From contig OZ024740.1 in assembly GCA_964016885.1 (NCBI GenBank), positions 303,552,001 to 303,616,000 on the forward strand: a stretch of DNA of 64,000 nt. The letters run 5' to 3'. Under the pieces are notes generated by a model that saw nothing but the letters and a program-made list of their open reading frames with translations, made no database searches and was not told where the DNA came from. The translations under genes were made by a program, and so were the position numbers. The stretch comes from Eledone cirrhosa. Its lineage: Eukaryota. Every line of letters begins with the position of its first letter. Within the stretch, counting starts at the first letter, position 1. Positions 24,142 through 41,325 of this stretch are shown here, piece by piece.

Positions 24142-27100
24142 ATCATCATCATCATCATCAGGTTTAGCGTCCGTGTTCCACGCTTGCATGGGTTTGGACG
24201 GGGTTTTCCCACTTGAGGCAAGAGTGGTTGTCTTGCTCGCATAGGACTGTCTGGCGGGTTTTCTACAGTTGGATGCCCTTCCTAACACCAACCACATTTA
24301 CAGTGTGGGGCTGGGAGGTTTTTACCGTGTTGCCTACACGGCCACATTACAGCGTGGACTGTCTGGCTGGTTTTCTACAGCTGGATGCCCTTCCTAACAC
24401 CAACCACATTTACAGTGTGGGGCTGGGAGGTTTTTACCGTATTGCCTACACGGCCACATTTACAGCGTGGACTGTGTGTTTTTTGTCGTGACACCTACAC
24501 GATCTCATTTGTTTCGGCCTGGATGTTGTGGGACCAACATAACTTTACATTGAAAGGGGCGGTGTGGGTGGGGTGGAGGTGGTGGGACGGGGGTGTGTTT
24601 TGATAGAGGTGCCTACTGACTGTAGTAAGTTTTTACTTTGTATTTAGGTAAGGCGGGTCTTCTCTATTACTGAGTACCGCCAAAGGTCTCGGTCCAGTGA
24701 CATTGTCTTGGAGAGGTGTAAGCGTGTGAGGTCGGAATTTATCAGCTCGTCCCATGTTTTTCTGGGTCTGCCTACTCCGTGGCTACCGTCTATCTTTATT
24801 GCCCTGCACTTTGTTATACAGCTGTCGTCTTTCATGCGCATCACGTGACCGTACCAACGTAGCCTTCTCTCGAGTAAACAACATCTGATCCCTCTTATTT
24901 CTAATTTTTTCCTTAGTTCGTTTATGCTTTGCCGTTCACGTATATTACTATTGCACATCCAGCGGAGCATGCAACTTCGTTCCTCTCTAGTCTGCGTATA
25001 TCCTCTGCACACAATGCCCAGGTCTCACTGCCATGCAGCATTGCTGTTCGTATGCAGGCATCGTATAACCTGCCTTTCATTTTTAGGGAGAACCCTCTAG
25101 CGGCTAATAGTGGTATAAGCTCTCTGAACTTTTTCCATCCAGTTCTGACTCTAGCTACAGTACTTTCAGAGCACCCTCCCCCACTGCTGATTTTGTCACC
25201 CAGATAACGGAAGCTGTCCACTATTTCTATAGAACCCTCTGCGCAGTTGAAGGAGCTAGTATTTTGTGGGCACTTGCTGCTACTTATTGCACCAGAGCAC
25301 CGGCCACATGTAAAATCTATGTTCTTAGTTAGCTTACCTGTGATCCCACTACATCTTTTATGCACCCATACTTTGCATTTGGGACATAAAATGGAGTTTC
25401 TACCTACGCCTTTCCTACACACTGAGCATGGCCATTTCCCCGATGGGACCGCCGCCTTATTTTCTTTCCTACAAACTAGAACTTTAGTCTTAGCCAGGTT
25501 AATTTTAAGGCCTTTTGATTCTAGGCCGTGCTTCCACGTTTGGAATTTCTTCTCTAGTTCGGTCATTGATTCAGCTATGAGCGTTAGATCATCTGCGTAT
25601 AGGAGTTCCCATGGGCAGCCGGTCTTGAACTCCTCTGTTATAGCCTGAAGGGCAATAATAAATAGTAGGGGGCTAAGTACAGAGCCCTGATGGACACAAA
25701 CTTTTACGCTAAACTCTTCACTATATTCGTTGTTAATTCTAACCTTACTGACTGTTTCTTTATACATGGCTTGTATAGCTCACACAAGCCATTCGTCAAC
25801 ACCTAGTTTTCTAAGAGACCACCAGATAATGGAACGGGGGACTCTGTCGAAGGCTTTCTCCAAGTCAACAAAAGCTAAGTATAGGGGTTTACTTTTAGCT
25901 AGGTACTTCTCCTGTAGTTGTCGTACAATGAAAAGAGCGTCTGTGGTACTTTTGCCTGACACAAACCCGAACTGCATTTCATCTAGATCAATTCTCTCTC
26001 TGATTAGTTGCGCTATTACTTTTTCCGTGACCTTCATGACCTGGTCGATTAATTTAATGCCTCTATAGTTACTCCTATCTAGGGCATCTCCTTTTCCCTT
26101 ATAGCAGTTAACGATGATGCTGCTACGCCATTCCTTCGGAACAACCCCATTCTGTACGACTTGGTTAACTATCCGGGTGACCATGGTGTGTCCCACCGAA
26201 CCAGATGCCTTCAGCATCTCAGCAACTATTTCCGAAGGCCCAGCCGCCTTACCCGTCTTCATATCTTTGATTGCCTTACTTATTATACTACCTTCAACTA
26301 ACACTGCTGGTCCCTCTATTGGATCGATCTGGGGGAGACTGTCTTTCTCCCATTTGTTCTCCTCATTTAGAAGCCTTTCGTAGTGACACTTCCAAGCTAC
26401 CTTCTTATCAGCGTCGGTGATGGCAAGTATGCCATCATCGTTAAGTACACACTTCTCCCCGACAATATCACGGTTTTCCTTGACACATTGCCTGGCAATC
26501 CTGAACACCTCACGTTTTTGGTCCTCACGTTGTAGAACATGCTTGAACTTTCTTTCCTCTGCTTCCCTTCTTGCGAAGTACACTTGTCTCCTAGCTTCCC
26601 TCCTGGCCACTTGATAGTCTTCTCTACTTCCCCCATCCCGCCATACTTTCCAAGCCTGCTTTTTGGCCTTAATTGACTCCTCCACCTTACTGTTCCACCA
26701 CCATGTTACTCTCCTCCTACCTACAGGCCTGCTCCAGCCACAGACTTCGTCTGCCGCCGTCAGCAGGTTTGCTCTCAGGAATTCCCACTGTTCCTCTATA
26801 TTATACGACTCTAATTGCTCTTCCTTACTGTCGAAAGCGTCAAGTAATTTGCTTTGAAATTTATTTCTGGTTATGGGGTCCTTTAGCTTCCATATTTTTC
26901 TCCTGAGGATAGTCCTCTTTCGCTGTCTAGTACGTCTCGTCCTGACTATGAGGTCGTTAATTATCAGTCTATGTTGGGAGGTGAATTCTTCATGGGGGTG
27001 GGATTTAGTGTTAACAACAGACACTCTGTCACGTCTTCTGGTAAGGATATAATCTACCTGGCTTGTGTGTTCCCCCGATCTATAGGTGATCAAGTGATTG

Positions 27101-27790
27101 TCTCGTTTTTTGAAGTTAGTGTTACAGATAGTTAAGTTATTTGCGTCGCAGAATTCCAGGATTCTGGAGCCTTCCTCATTTCTAGTACCGAACCCATAGC
27201 CTCCATGGATTCCGTCATAGCCGTCACAATGTTGTCCAACGTGACCATTTAGGTCGCCTGCAATAACTATATAGTCACTGTCGGTTATTTGGCAGGTAGC
27301 GAGCATCAGTGTCTCGTAGAATCTGTCTTTTATAGCGCGGGGCTGTCCGGATTGGGGTGCGTACGCAGATATTACTGTCACCGTAGTTTTATTGAGGACA
27401 AGTCTTATTTTAATTATTCTGTCGTTCACTCTATTTACGTCTATTATCTTATCTGCCCACTTTTCTGCTACCATGATTCCTACCCCACCCAACCCATTGT
27501 CATTTCCCACCCAGAAAAGCTTATAGCATCGCTCTTTACCCACGATGAATCTAGCCGACCCTCCCCTCCACCTGGTCTCTTGAATACAACAAACATCGAC
27601 CTCCTTACGTTCAAGCATTTCTACAACCTCGTTAGAGCGACCCTTTAAGGTGCCTACATTCATGGTACCAACTCTGAAGTTTTGGATTGCGTTTGGAGGG
27701 TGGGATCGGTGGGGCGCGGGTGGGGGGATGGGGTTATGTTAGCCATCCTGGGCCGAAACAAGGAGGAGTGCTTGCATTCTCGTCCACGAT
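24142..27790 (-). mobile_element. Near full-length RTE family 1 (copy C), inactivated
   Basis: EN-RT-PHD on the minus strand, nonsense TGA at about 25780, frameshift near 24970, duplicated 3'UTR unit, TA-flanked. Confidence 0.96.
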
Positions 27791-28428
<638 letters not shown>

Positions 28429-28867
28429 GAAAGGAAATATTCCTGAGCCGTGTATAAAAGTAATATATATGAGTAATATATATGATGAAGAAAGTTAGCC
28501 AGACTGAAGAATATTAATTATTTTACCACAGTTCGTCCACATCGATTTAAAATAATAATAATAATAATAAATCGACAAAAACTAGCTGTGCTGCCAAATG
28601 GCTATGATGTTTATAAATATTTAAATTTCAAAGTCAAACCTGTTCAGTAGATAAGTTTAAACCTCAAAATCCAAACATGTTTCGAGATGGATAAGTGTAT
28701 AAGTGTAGGAATATCTTGCCACTGCTCTCCTCAGTAAACATCCAGAGACAATTGATAAGCTTCACTTCTAAATAATTTAAAAGACTGTGTGACGCACATG
28801 GGTTCACAGATTCAGGCTAGTCTCATAACCGTACTGCTAGAAATAACAGTCGTATATATGAGGCGAA

Positions 28868-31673
<2,806 letters not shown>

Positions 31674-31771
31674 TTCTAGTCGATCGACTTTCGTCAAATC
31701 GGACCGAGGAAACTATGTTTCCGTTGGTCTTTCCAATTGCTAATACTATCTATCGGTCGCAACTCCAGGTA

Positions 31772-31895
31772 GAAGGAACAACGTGAAATAAAGTGTCTTG
31801 CTCAAGGACATAACGCATCGCCTGGTTCAGGAATCGAACTCACAACCTCAGGATTGTGAATCCAATACTCTAACCACTCAGCCACACGCCTTCAT
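31772..31895 (-). mobile_element. tRNA-SINE head plus CORE fragment
   Basis: Minus strand gaaggcgtgtggctgagtggttagag...gtgagttcgattcctg...tccttgagcaagacac. Confidence 0.8.
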
Positions 31896-32317
31896 ATGTG
31901 TATATATATATATGTATATATATGTATGTATATATATATATATGTGTATATATATATGTGTATATATATATATGTATATATATATATGTATATATATATA
32001 TGTATATATATGTATATATATATATGTATATATATGTATGTATATATATATATATGTGTATATGTATATATATATATGTATATATATGTATGTATATATA
32101 TATATATGTGTATATATATATATATATATACGTATATATATATATGTATATATATATATGTATATATATATATGTGTATATATATATATGTGTATATATA
32201 TATATGTATGTATATATATATATGTATGTATATATATATGTATGTATATATATATGTGTGTATATATATATATGTATGTATATATATATATGTATGTATA
32301 TATATATGTATGTATAT

Positions 32318-32910
32318 TGCTACTGGTAACATGTATCCCAGTACAACCTGTCCCATGGTCGGGTCGTTGGCGACTAAACTGGCAACCCCGCCAAGGTTTC
32401 TTGGTGAGGAGGGTGACTTTGGACATCCTGCAGGACTAAAAACAAAACCTGTCAAAGGGCAAAGGAACTCTTAAGAGTCAATGGCCATCCAAAATCACCG
32501 GGAGAGATGACCCCTTAGCCTTTGTCAAGGCAGAATTCTAGGAGAAGGAAAACTCTGATATAACACCTGCAACCCTGATGGTATCCAATGATGTTGACTT
32601 GTTCTTCTTTTTGGTAAATATCATCTTGGTTAAGAGAGTGGGACTGGCTTTGTGCAGTGCCTTTGCTCACTATAAAAGCTTCACGGCACAGGCATTGCTT
32701 TGTATCTGGAGATCTCTCTGCACTTGTCATCACAGGGTACCATGGGCCCAGCACTATGTGTCAGTAATTGTCACAAGTGTAGTGTTTGTACCAAAGTTTT
32801 CAAGTCGCTGGCTGGACTAAAAAGTCACACTCGTTCAGCGCATCAGTAGGGGTTCTCCTACATGGATATAAAGTAGTGGCCGTACTCGAAAACGAGTTGG
32901 CAGCCACCAT
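32318..32910 (+). mobile_element. Bipartite non-autonomous RTE-derived element, copy 1
   Basis: RTE-5'UTR-like ggagaaggaaaactctgat, ORF-end C2H2 finger [23 protein letters not shown], terminal hairpin actcg-aaaa-cgagt. Ends in (AT)n. Confidence 0.7.
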
Positions 32911-33261
32911 GTATATATATATATGTGTATATATATATATATGTATGTATATATATATATGTGTATATATATATATGTATGTATATATATATATGTGTAT
33001 GTATATATATATATGTGTATGTATATATATATATGTGTATATATATATGTATGTATATATATATGTATGTATATATATATGTATGTATATATATATATGT
33101 GTATATATATATGTGTATATATATATATGTGTATATATATATATGTGTATATATATATATGTGTATATATATATATGTGTATATATATATATGTGTATAT
33201 ATATATATGTGTATATATATATATGTGTATATATATATATGTGTGTATATATATATGTGTG

Positions 33262-33301
<40 letters not shown>

Positions 33302-33736
33302 TGTATGTATATATATATGTATGTATATATATATGTATGTGTATATATATATATGTGTATATATATATATGTGTATATATATATATGTGTATATATATAT
33401 ATGTGTATATATATATATGTGTATATATATGTATGTATATATATATATGTGTATATATATATGTATGTATATATATATATGTGTATATATATATATGTGT
33501 ATATATATATATGTGTATATATATATATGTGTATATATATGTATGTGTATATATATATATGTGTATATATATGTATGTGTATATATATGTATGTGTATAT
33601 ATATGTATGTGTATATATATGTATGTGTGTATATATATGTATGTATATATATATATGTGTATATATATATATGTGTATATATATATATGTGTATATATAT
33701 ATATGTATGTATATATATATATATATGTATGTATAT

Positions 33737-33770
<34 letters not shown>

Positions 33771-33916
33771 GTATGTATATATATATATATATGTATGTAT
33801 ATATATATATGTGTATATATATATATATATATATGTGTATATATATATATGTATGTGTGTATGTATATATATGTATGTGTATATGTATGTATGTATGTAT
33901 GTATGTATATATGTGT
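32911..33916. repeat. (TA)nTGTG microsatellite
   Basis: Read directly. Confidence 0.98.
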
Positions 33917-34243
33917 GTGGTTAGAGCATTGGCCTTGCAATCGAAAGGTTGTGAGTTCAATTCTCAGACCGGGTGATGTGTTGTTTCCTTGAGCAAGACA
34001 CTTTATTTCACATTGCTCCAGTTTACTCAGCTGTAGAAATGAGATGATAGGGACTTGGGTCCCTATCATTCCACTGCAAAGTGGTTGTGGAGGTGCCACT
34101 GCAAAAAAGCACCCAGCACTCATTGTAAATGAGGTTGGTGTTAGGAAGGGCATCCAGCTGTAGAAATCAAGCCAGAATCAGTTCCCGTCCCACCCTTGCA
34201 AGCAGGGAAAGGTGGACCTAAAATGAAATGATGAAATGATGAT
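33917..34243 (+). mobile_element. tRNA-head CORE SINE with RTE tail
   Basis: Nearly identical to 54925-55263. Ends in an atgatg tail. Confidence 0.88.
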
Positions 34244-34350
34244 ATGTATGTATATGTATGTATATATATATGTGTATAAATGTGTATGTATGTATGTATG
34301 TATGTATATATATATGTATGTATGTATATATGTATGTATGTATATATGTA

Positions 34351-34958
34351 TTTCAGGTCACCACTTGGTGCTACTGGTAACATGTATCCCAGTACAACCT
34401 GTCTGATGGTCGGGTCGTTGGCGACTAAACTGGCAACCCCACCAAGGTTTCTTGGTGAGGAGGGTGACTTTGGACATCCTGCAGGACTAAAAACAAAACC
34501 TGTCAAAGGGCAAAGGAGCTCTTAAGAGTCAATGGCCATCCAAAATCACTGGGAGAGATGACCCCTTAGCCTTTGTCAAGGCAGAATTCTAGAAGGAAAA
34601 CTCTGATATAACACCTGCAACTCTGATGGTATCCAATGATGTTGACTTGTTCTTCTTTTTGGTAAATATCATCTTGGTTAAGAGAGTGGGACTGGCTTTG
34701 TGCAGTGCCTTTACTCACTATAAAAGCTTCACGGCACAGGCATTGCTTTATATCTGGAGATCTCTCTGCACTTGTCGTCACATGGTACCAAAGGCAAAGC
34801 ACTATGTGTCAATAATTGTCACAAGTGTAGTGTTTGTACCAGAGTTTTCAAGTTGCTGGCTGGACTAAAAAGTCACACTCGTTCAGCGCATCGGTAGGGG
34901 TTCTCCTACATGGATATAAAGTAGTGGCCGTACTCGAAAACGAGTTGGCAGCCACCAT
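34351..34958 (+). mobile_element. Bipartite RTE-derived element, copy 2 (longest 5' end)
   Basis: Highly similar to 32318-32910, same 3' end cagccaccat. Confidence 0.75.
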
Positions 34959-35594
34959 GTATGTATGTATATATATATATGTATATATGTATATGTATAT
35001 ATGTATGTGTATATATATATGTATGTATATATATATATATGTATATGTATATATGTATGTGTATATATATATGTATATATGTATGTGTATATATATATGT
35101 ATATGTATGTGTATATATATATGTATATGTATGTGTATATATATATGTGTATATATATATGTGTATATATATATGTGTATATGTATATATGTATGTGTAT
35201 ATATGTATGTGTATATATGTATGTGTATATATGTATGTGTATATATGTATGTATATGTATATATGTATGTGTATATATATATGTATATGTATATATGTAT
35301 GTGTATATATATATGTGTATATGTATATGTATATATGTATGTGTATATATATATGTGTATATATATATGTGTATATGTATGTGTATATATATATGTGTAT
35401 ATATATATGTGTATATGTATATGTATATATGTATGTGTATATATATATGTATATGTATATATGTATGTGTATATATATATATGTGTATATTTATATGTAT
35501 ATGTATATATGTATGTGTATGTATATATGTATGTGTATATGTATATATGTATATATATCTGTGTATATATATATATGTATATATATATATATGT
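34959..35594. repeat. (TA)nTG/TGTG microsatellite
   Basis: Read directly. Confidence 0.98.
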
Positions 35595-35854
35595 ACTATT
35601 AATGAGTTCAAAACTCAGGCAGTCCTTTACAATGAAATAGCTCAAAGAAAGAAGTATTTCTGAGCCGTGTAATACAAGTTAATATAAATTAATATATTTG
35701 ATAAACACAAATACCAACATATCCATGTTTGTAAATGACTAAGTTAGCTAGATTGAAAAATACTAATTATAATAATATAGTTTGCCTTTCTCGATTTAAA
35801 ATATTAAATCAATAAAAACAAAGTATATTGGCAAATGCTTGGACAAATTTAAAT

Positions 35855-36313
35855 TCAAAAGGCAAAGGAGCTCTTAAGAGTCAATGGCCATCCAAAATCA
35901 CCGGGAGAGATGACCCCTTAGCCTTTGTCAAGGCGGAATTCTAGGAGAAGGAAAACTCTGATATAACACCTGCAACCCTGATGGTATCCAATGATGTTGA
36001 CTTGTTCTTCTTTTTGGTAAATATCATCTTGGTTAAGAGAGTGGGACTGGCATTGTGCAGTGCCTTTGCTCACTATAAAAGCTTCACGGCACAGGCATTG
36101 CTTTGTATCTGGAGATCTCTCTGCATTTGTCGTCACATGGTACCATGGGCCCAGCACTATGTGTCAATAATTGTCACAAGTGTAGTGTTTGTACCAGAGC
36201 TTTCAAGTCGCTGGCTGGACTAAAAAGTCACACTCGTTCAGCGCATCAGTAGGGGTTCTCCTACATGGATATAAAGTAGTGGCCGTACTCGAAAACGAGT
36301 TGGCAGCCACCAT
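35855..36313 (+). mobile_element. Bipartite RTE-derived element, copy 3 (5'-truncated)
   Basis: Same 3' end as the other copies, shorter 5' end. Confidence 0.75.
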
Positions 36314-36542
36314 ATATATATGTATGTATATATATATGTATGTATATATATATGTATGTATGTATATATATATATATGTATGTATATATATATGTATGTA
36401 TATATATATATATGTATGTATGTATATATATATGTATGTATATATATATGTATGTATATATATATGTATGTATATATATATGTATGTATATATATATGTA
36501 TGTATATATATATATATATATGTATGTATATATATATATATG

Positions 36543-36589
<47 letters not shown>

Positions 36590-36590
36590 G

Positions 36591-36630
<40 letters not shown>

Positions 36631-36722
36631 TATGTATATATATATATATGTATATATATATATGTATATATATATATGTATATATATATATATGTATATG
36701 TATATATATATATATGTATATG

Positions 36723-36753
<31 letters not shown>

Positions 36754-36754
36754 G

Positions 36755-36819
<65 letters not shown>

Positions 36820-36827
36820 GTATATGT

Positions 36828-36861
<34 letters not shown>

Positions 36862-37316
36862 ATGTATGTATATGTATATATATATATGTATATGTATATG
36901 TATACATATATATGTATATGTATATATATATATGTATATATGTATATATATATATGTATATATGTATATATATATATATGTATATGTATATATGTATATG
37001 TATATATGTATATATATATATGTATATATGTATATATATATATGTATATGTATATATATATATATGTATATATATATATGTATATGTATATATATATATA
37101 TGTATATATATATATGTATATGTATATATATATGTATATATATATATGTATATGTATATATATATATATGTATATATATATGTATATGTATATATATGTA
37201 TATGTATATATATATATATGTATATATATGTATATGTATATATATATATATGTATATATATATGTATATATATATGTATATATATATGTGTATATATGTA
37301 TATATATATGTATATA

Positions 37317-37351
<35 letters not shown>

Positions 37352-37358
37352 GTGTGTG

Positions 37359-37404
<46 letters not shown>

Positions 37405-37458
37405 TGTGTATATATATGTGTATATGTGTGTGTGTGTATATATGTATATATATGTGTG

Positions 37459-37493
<35 letters not shown>

Positions 37494-37498
37494 GTGTT

Positions 37499-37533
<35 letters not shown>
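36314..37533. repeat. (TA)nTG microsatellite grading into (TG)n
   Basis: Read directly. Confidence 0.98.
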
Positions 37534-37537
<4 letters not shown>

Positions 37538-39773
37538 TCAGGATTGCTAGGCAATGTGTCAAGGAAAACCGTGATATTGTCGGGGAGAAGTTTGTACTTA
37601 ACGATGATGGCGTACTTGCCATCACTGACGCTGATAAGAAGGTAGCTTGGAAGTGTCACTACGAAAGGCTACTAAATGAGAATAAATGGGAGAAAGACAG
37701 TCTCCCCCACATCGACCCAATAGAGGGACCAGCAGTGTTAGTCGAAGGTAGTATAATAAGTAAGGCAATCAAAGATATGAAGACGGGTAAGGCGGCTGGG
37801 TCTTCGGAAATAGTTGCTGAGATGCTGAAAGCCTCTGGAACGGTGGGACACACCATGGTCACCCGGATAGTAAACCAAGTCATACAGAATGGGGTTATTC
37901 TGAAGGACTGGCGTAGCAGCATCATCGTTAACTGTTACAAGGGTAAAGGAGACGCCCTAGATAGGCGTAACTATAGAGGCATTAAATTAATCGACCAGGT
38001 CATTAAGGTCACGGAAAAAGTAATAGCGCAATTAATCAGAGAGAGAATTGATCTAGATGAAATGCAGTTCGGGTTTGTGTCAGGCAAAAGTACCACAGAC
38101 GCTCTTTTCATTGTACGACAACTACAGGAGAAGTACCTAGCTAAAAGTAAACCCCTATACTTAGCTTTTGTCGACTTGGAGAAAGCCTTCGACAGAGTCC
38201 CCCCGTTCCATTATCTGGTGGGCTCTTAGAAAACTAGGTGTTGACGAATGGCTTGTGAGAGCTATACAAGCCATGTATAAAGAAAGTCAGCAAGGTTAGA
38301 ATTAACAACGAATATAGTGAAGAGTTTAGCGTAAAAGTTGGTGTCCATCAGGGCTCTGTTCTTAGCCCCCTACTATTTATTATTGCCCTTCAGGCTATAA
38401 CAGGAGTTCAAGTCCGGCTGCCCATGAGAACTCCTATACGCAGATGATCTAACGCTCATAGCTGAATCAATGGCCGAGCTAGAGAAGAAATTCCAAACAT
38501 GGAAGCACGGCCTAGAATCAAAAGGCCTTAAAATTAACCTGGCTAAGACTAAAGTTCTAGTTTGTAGGAAAGAAAATAAGGCGCCGGTCCCTTCCGGGAA
38601 ATGGCCAGGCTCTGTGTGTAGGAAAGGCGTAGGTAGAAACTCCATTTTATGTCCCAAATGCAAAGTATGGGTGCATAAAAGATGTAGTGGGATCACAGGT
38701 AAGCTAACTAAGAACATAGATTTTACATGTGGCCGGTGCTCTGGTGCAATAAGTAGCAGCAAGTGCCCATAAAATACTAGCTCTTTCAATTGCGCAGAGG
38801 GTTCTATAGAAATAGTGGACAGCTTCCGTTACCTGGGTGACAAAATCAGCAGTGGAGGAGGGTGGTCTGAGAGTACAGTAGCTAGAGTCAGAACTGGATG
38901 GAAAAAGTTCAGAGAGCTTATACCACTATTAGCCGCTAAAGGGTTCTCCCTAAAAATGAAAGGCAGGTTGTATGATGCCTGCATACGAACAGCAATGTTG
39001 CATGGCAGTGAGACCTGGGCATTGTGTGCAGAGGATATATGCAGACTAGAGAGGAATGAAGCTTGCATGCTCCGCTGCATGTGTAATAGTAATATACATG
39101 AACGGCAAAGCATAAACGAACTAAGGAAAAGATTAGAAATAAGAGGGATCAGATGTTGTTTACTCGAGAGAAGGCTACGTTGGTATGGTCACGTGATGCG
39201 CATGAAAGACGACAGCTGTATAACAAAGTGCAGGGCAATAAAGATAGACGGTAGCCACGGAGTAGGCAGACCCAGAAAAACCTGGGACGAGCTGATAAAT
39301 TCCGACCTCACACACTTACACCTCTCCAAGACAATGTCACTGGACCGAGACCTTTGGCAGTACTCAGTAATAGAGAAGAGCCGCCTTACCTAAATACAAA
39401 GTAAAACCTACTACAGTCAGTAGGCATCTCTAACAAAATACACCCCCGTCCCACCACCCCCACCCATCCACACCGCCCCTTTCAATGTAAAGTTATGTTG
39501 GTGCCACAACATCCAGGCCGAAACAAATGAGATCGTGTAGGTGTCGCGACAAAAAAACACACAGTCCACGCTGTAATGTGGCCGTGTAGGCAACACGGTA
39601 AAAACCTCCCAGCCCCACACTGTAAATGTGGTTGGTGTTAGGAAGGGCATCCAGCTGTAGAAAACCCGCCAGACAGTCCTATGCGAGCAATGACAACCAC
39701 TCTTGCCTCAAGTGGGAAAACTCCCGTCCAAACCCATGCAAGCGTGGAATGTGGACGTTAAACGATGATGATG
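37534..39773 (+). mobile_element. 5'-truncated, frameshifted RTE family 1 (copy E)
   Basis: VFRIARQC...[11 protein letters not shown], several frameshifts and stops, 3'UTR and (GAT)n tail. TA-flanked. Confidence 0.95.
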
Positions 39774-39959
39774 TGTATATATATGTGTGTATATATATAT
39801 ATGTGTATATAGATTTTGAGTTTATGTTGGTTGTATACCAACACCTCAGTATGCAGGCTGGAGCACTCGACGAAGTGCACAGATTGGTTTGGTTACTCCG
39901 GAGTAGTGTAAAATAAAGTTAAATAAAAGTCAAATGATTAAAATTTAGCTTTGTTTATT

Positions 39960-40014
39960 ACTGCTATATATATTTCAGTGACAGCCATCTTTGGCTGTGA
40001 CCTCTTCAGGCAGT
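39960..40014 (-). ncRNA. Minimal hammerhead ribozyme (left arm)
   Basis: Reverse complement of 40135-40189. Confidence 0.85.
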
Positions 40015-40134
40015 TTGAATTAGTATGGTATAGACAAGTACATATGTTGTTTAGGTGTATGATATTATATCAGAGTATTGACAATATCATACACCTAAAC
40101 AACATATGTACTTGTCTATACCATACTAATTCAA

Positions 40135-40189
40135 ACTGCCTGAAGAGGTCACAGCCAAAGATGGCTGTCACTGAAATATATATAGCAGT
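40135..40189 (+). ncRNA. Minimal hammerhead ribozyme (right arm)
   Basis: ACTGC-CTGAAGA-GGTCACAGCCA-AAGA-TGGCTGTCACT-GAAA-TATATA-TA-GCAGT. Confidence 0.87.
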
Positions 40190-40316
40190 AATAAACAAAG
40201 CTAAATTTTAATCATTTGACTTTTATTTAACTTTATTTTATATGTGTATATATATATATGTGTGTGTGTGTATATATATATATATATGTGTATATATATG
40301 TGTGTGTATATATATA

Positions 40317-40626
40317 TCTATATATATAAAACTAAGTGGCTGTGTGTGTGTGTGTATCTGTTTGTGTACAAATACTAGGCTCCTTTTGAAGTACTAGGCC
40401 GATTTGGCATGTGCTATTGAGGCGACCGCTCATTGGCTAGCCAATTAGCTGACATAAGCTGACTTCAAAATTGTTAGCTAAGCCGTAAACGACCTTGAAC
40501 AATTCGCCCGAACGTTGTTGATGTTAAACTTTTTTTTACAATTACATTTCAATTCTTTGCTCAACCTTTGGCTCTCTTTATACGGACAAACAGGCTGTCA
40601 TTCATTTCCCGAGGTACATCTGCTAG
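40317..40626 (+). mobile_element. Non-autonomous Helitron-like element
   Basis: A|TCTATATATATAAAA 5' end followed by (TG)n, 3' end ...gtacatctgCTAG|T. Inserted at an AT site with no TSD. Confidence 0.6.
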
Positions 40627-40627
40627 T

Positions 40628-41325
<698 letters not shown>

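Larger units (their letters stand above)
39811..40240. mobile_element. Penelope-type fold-back element: 158-bp inverted arms (39909-40066 / 40083-40240) plus ~100-bp extension
   Basis: Arms are reverse complements with a 16-nt spacer. Each arm carries a hammerhead. Confidence 0.8.
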
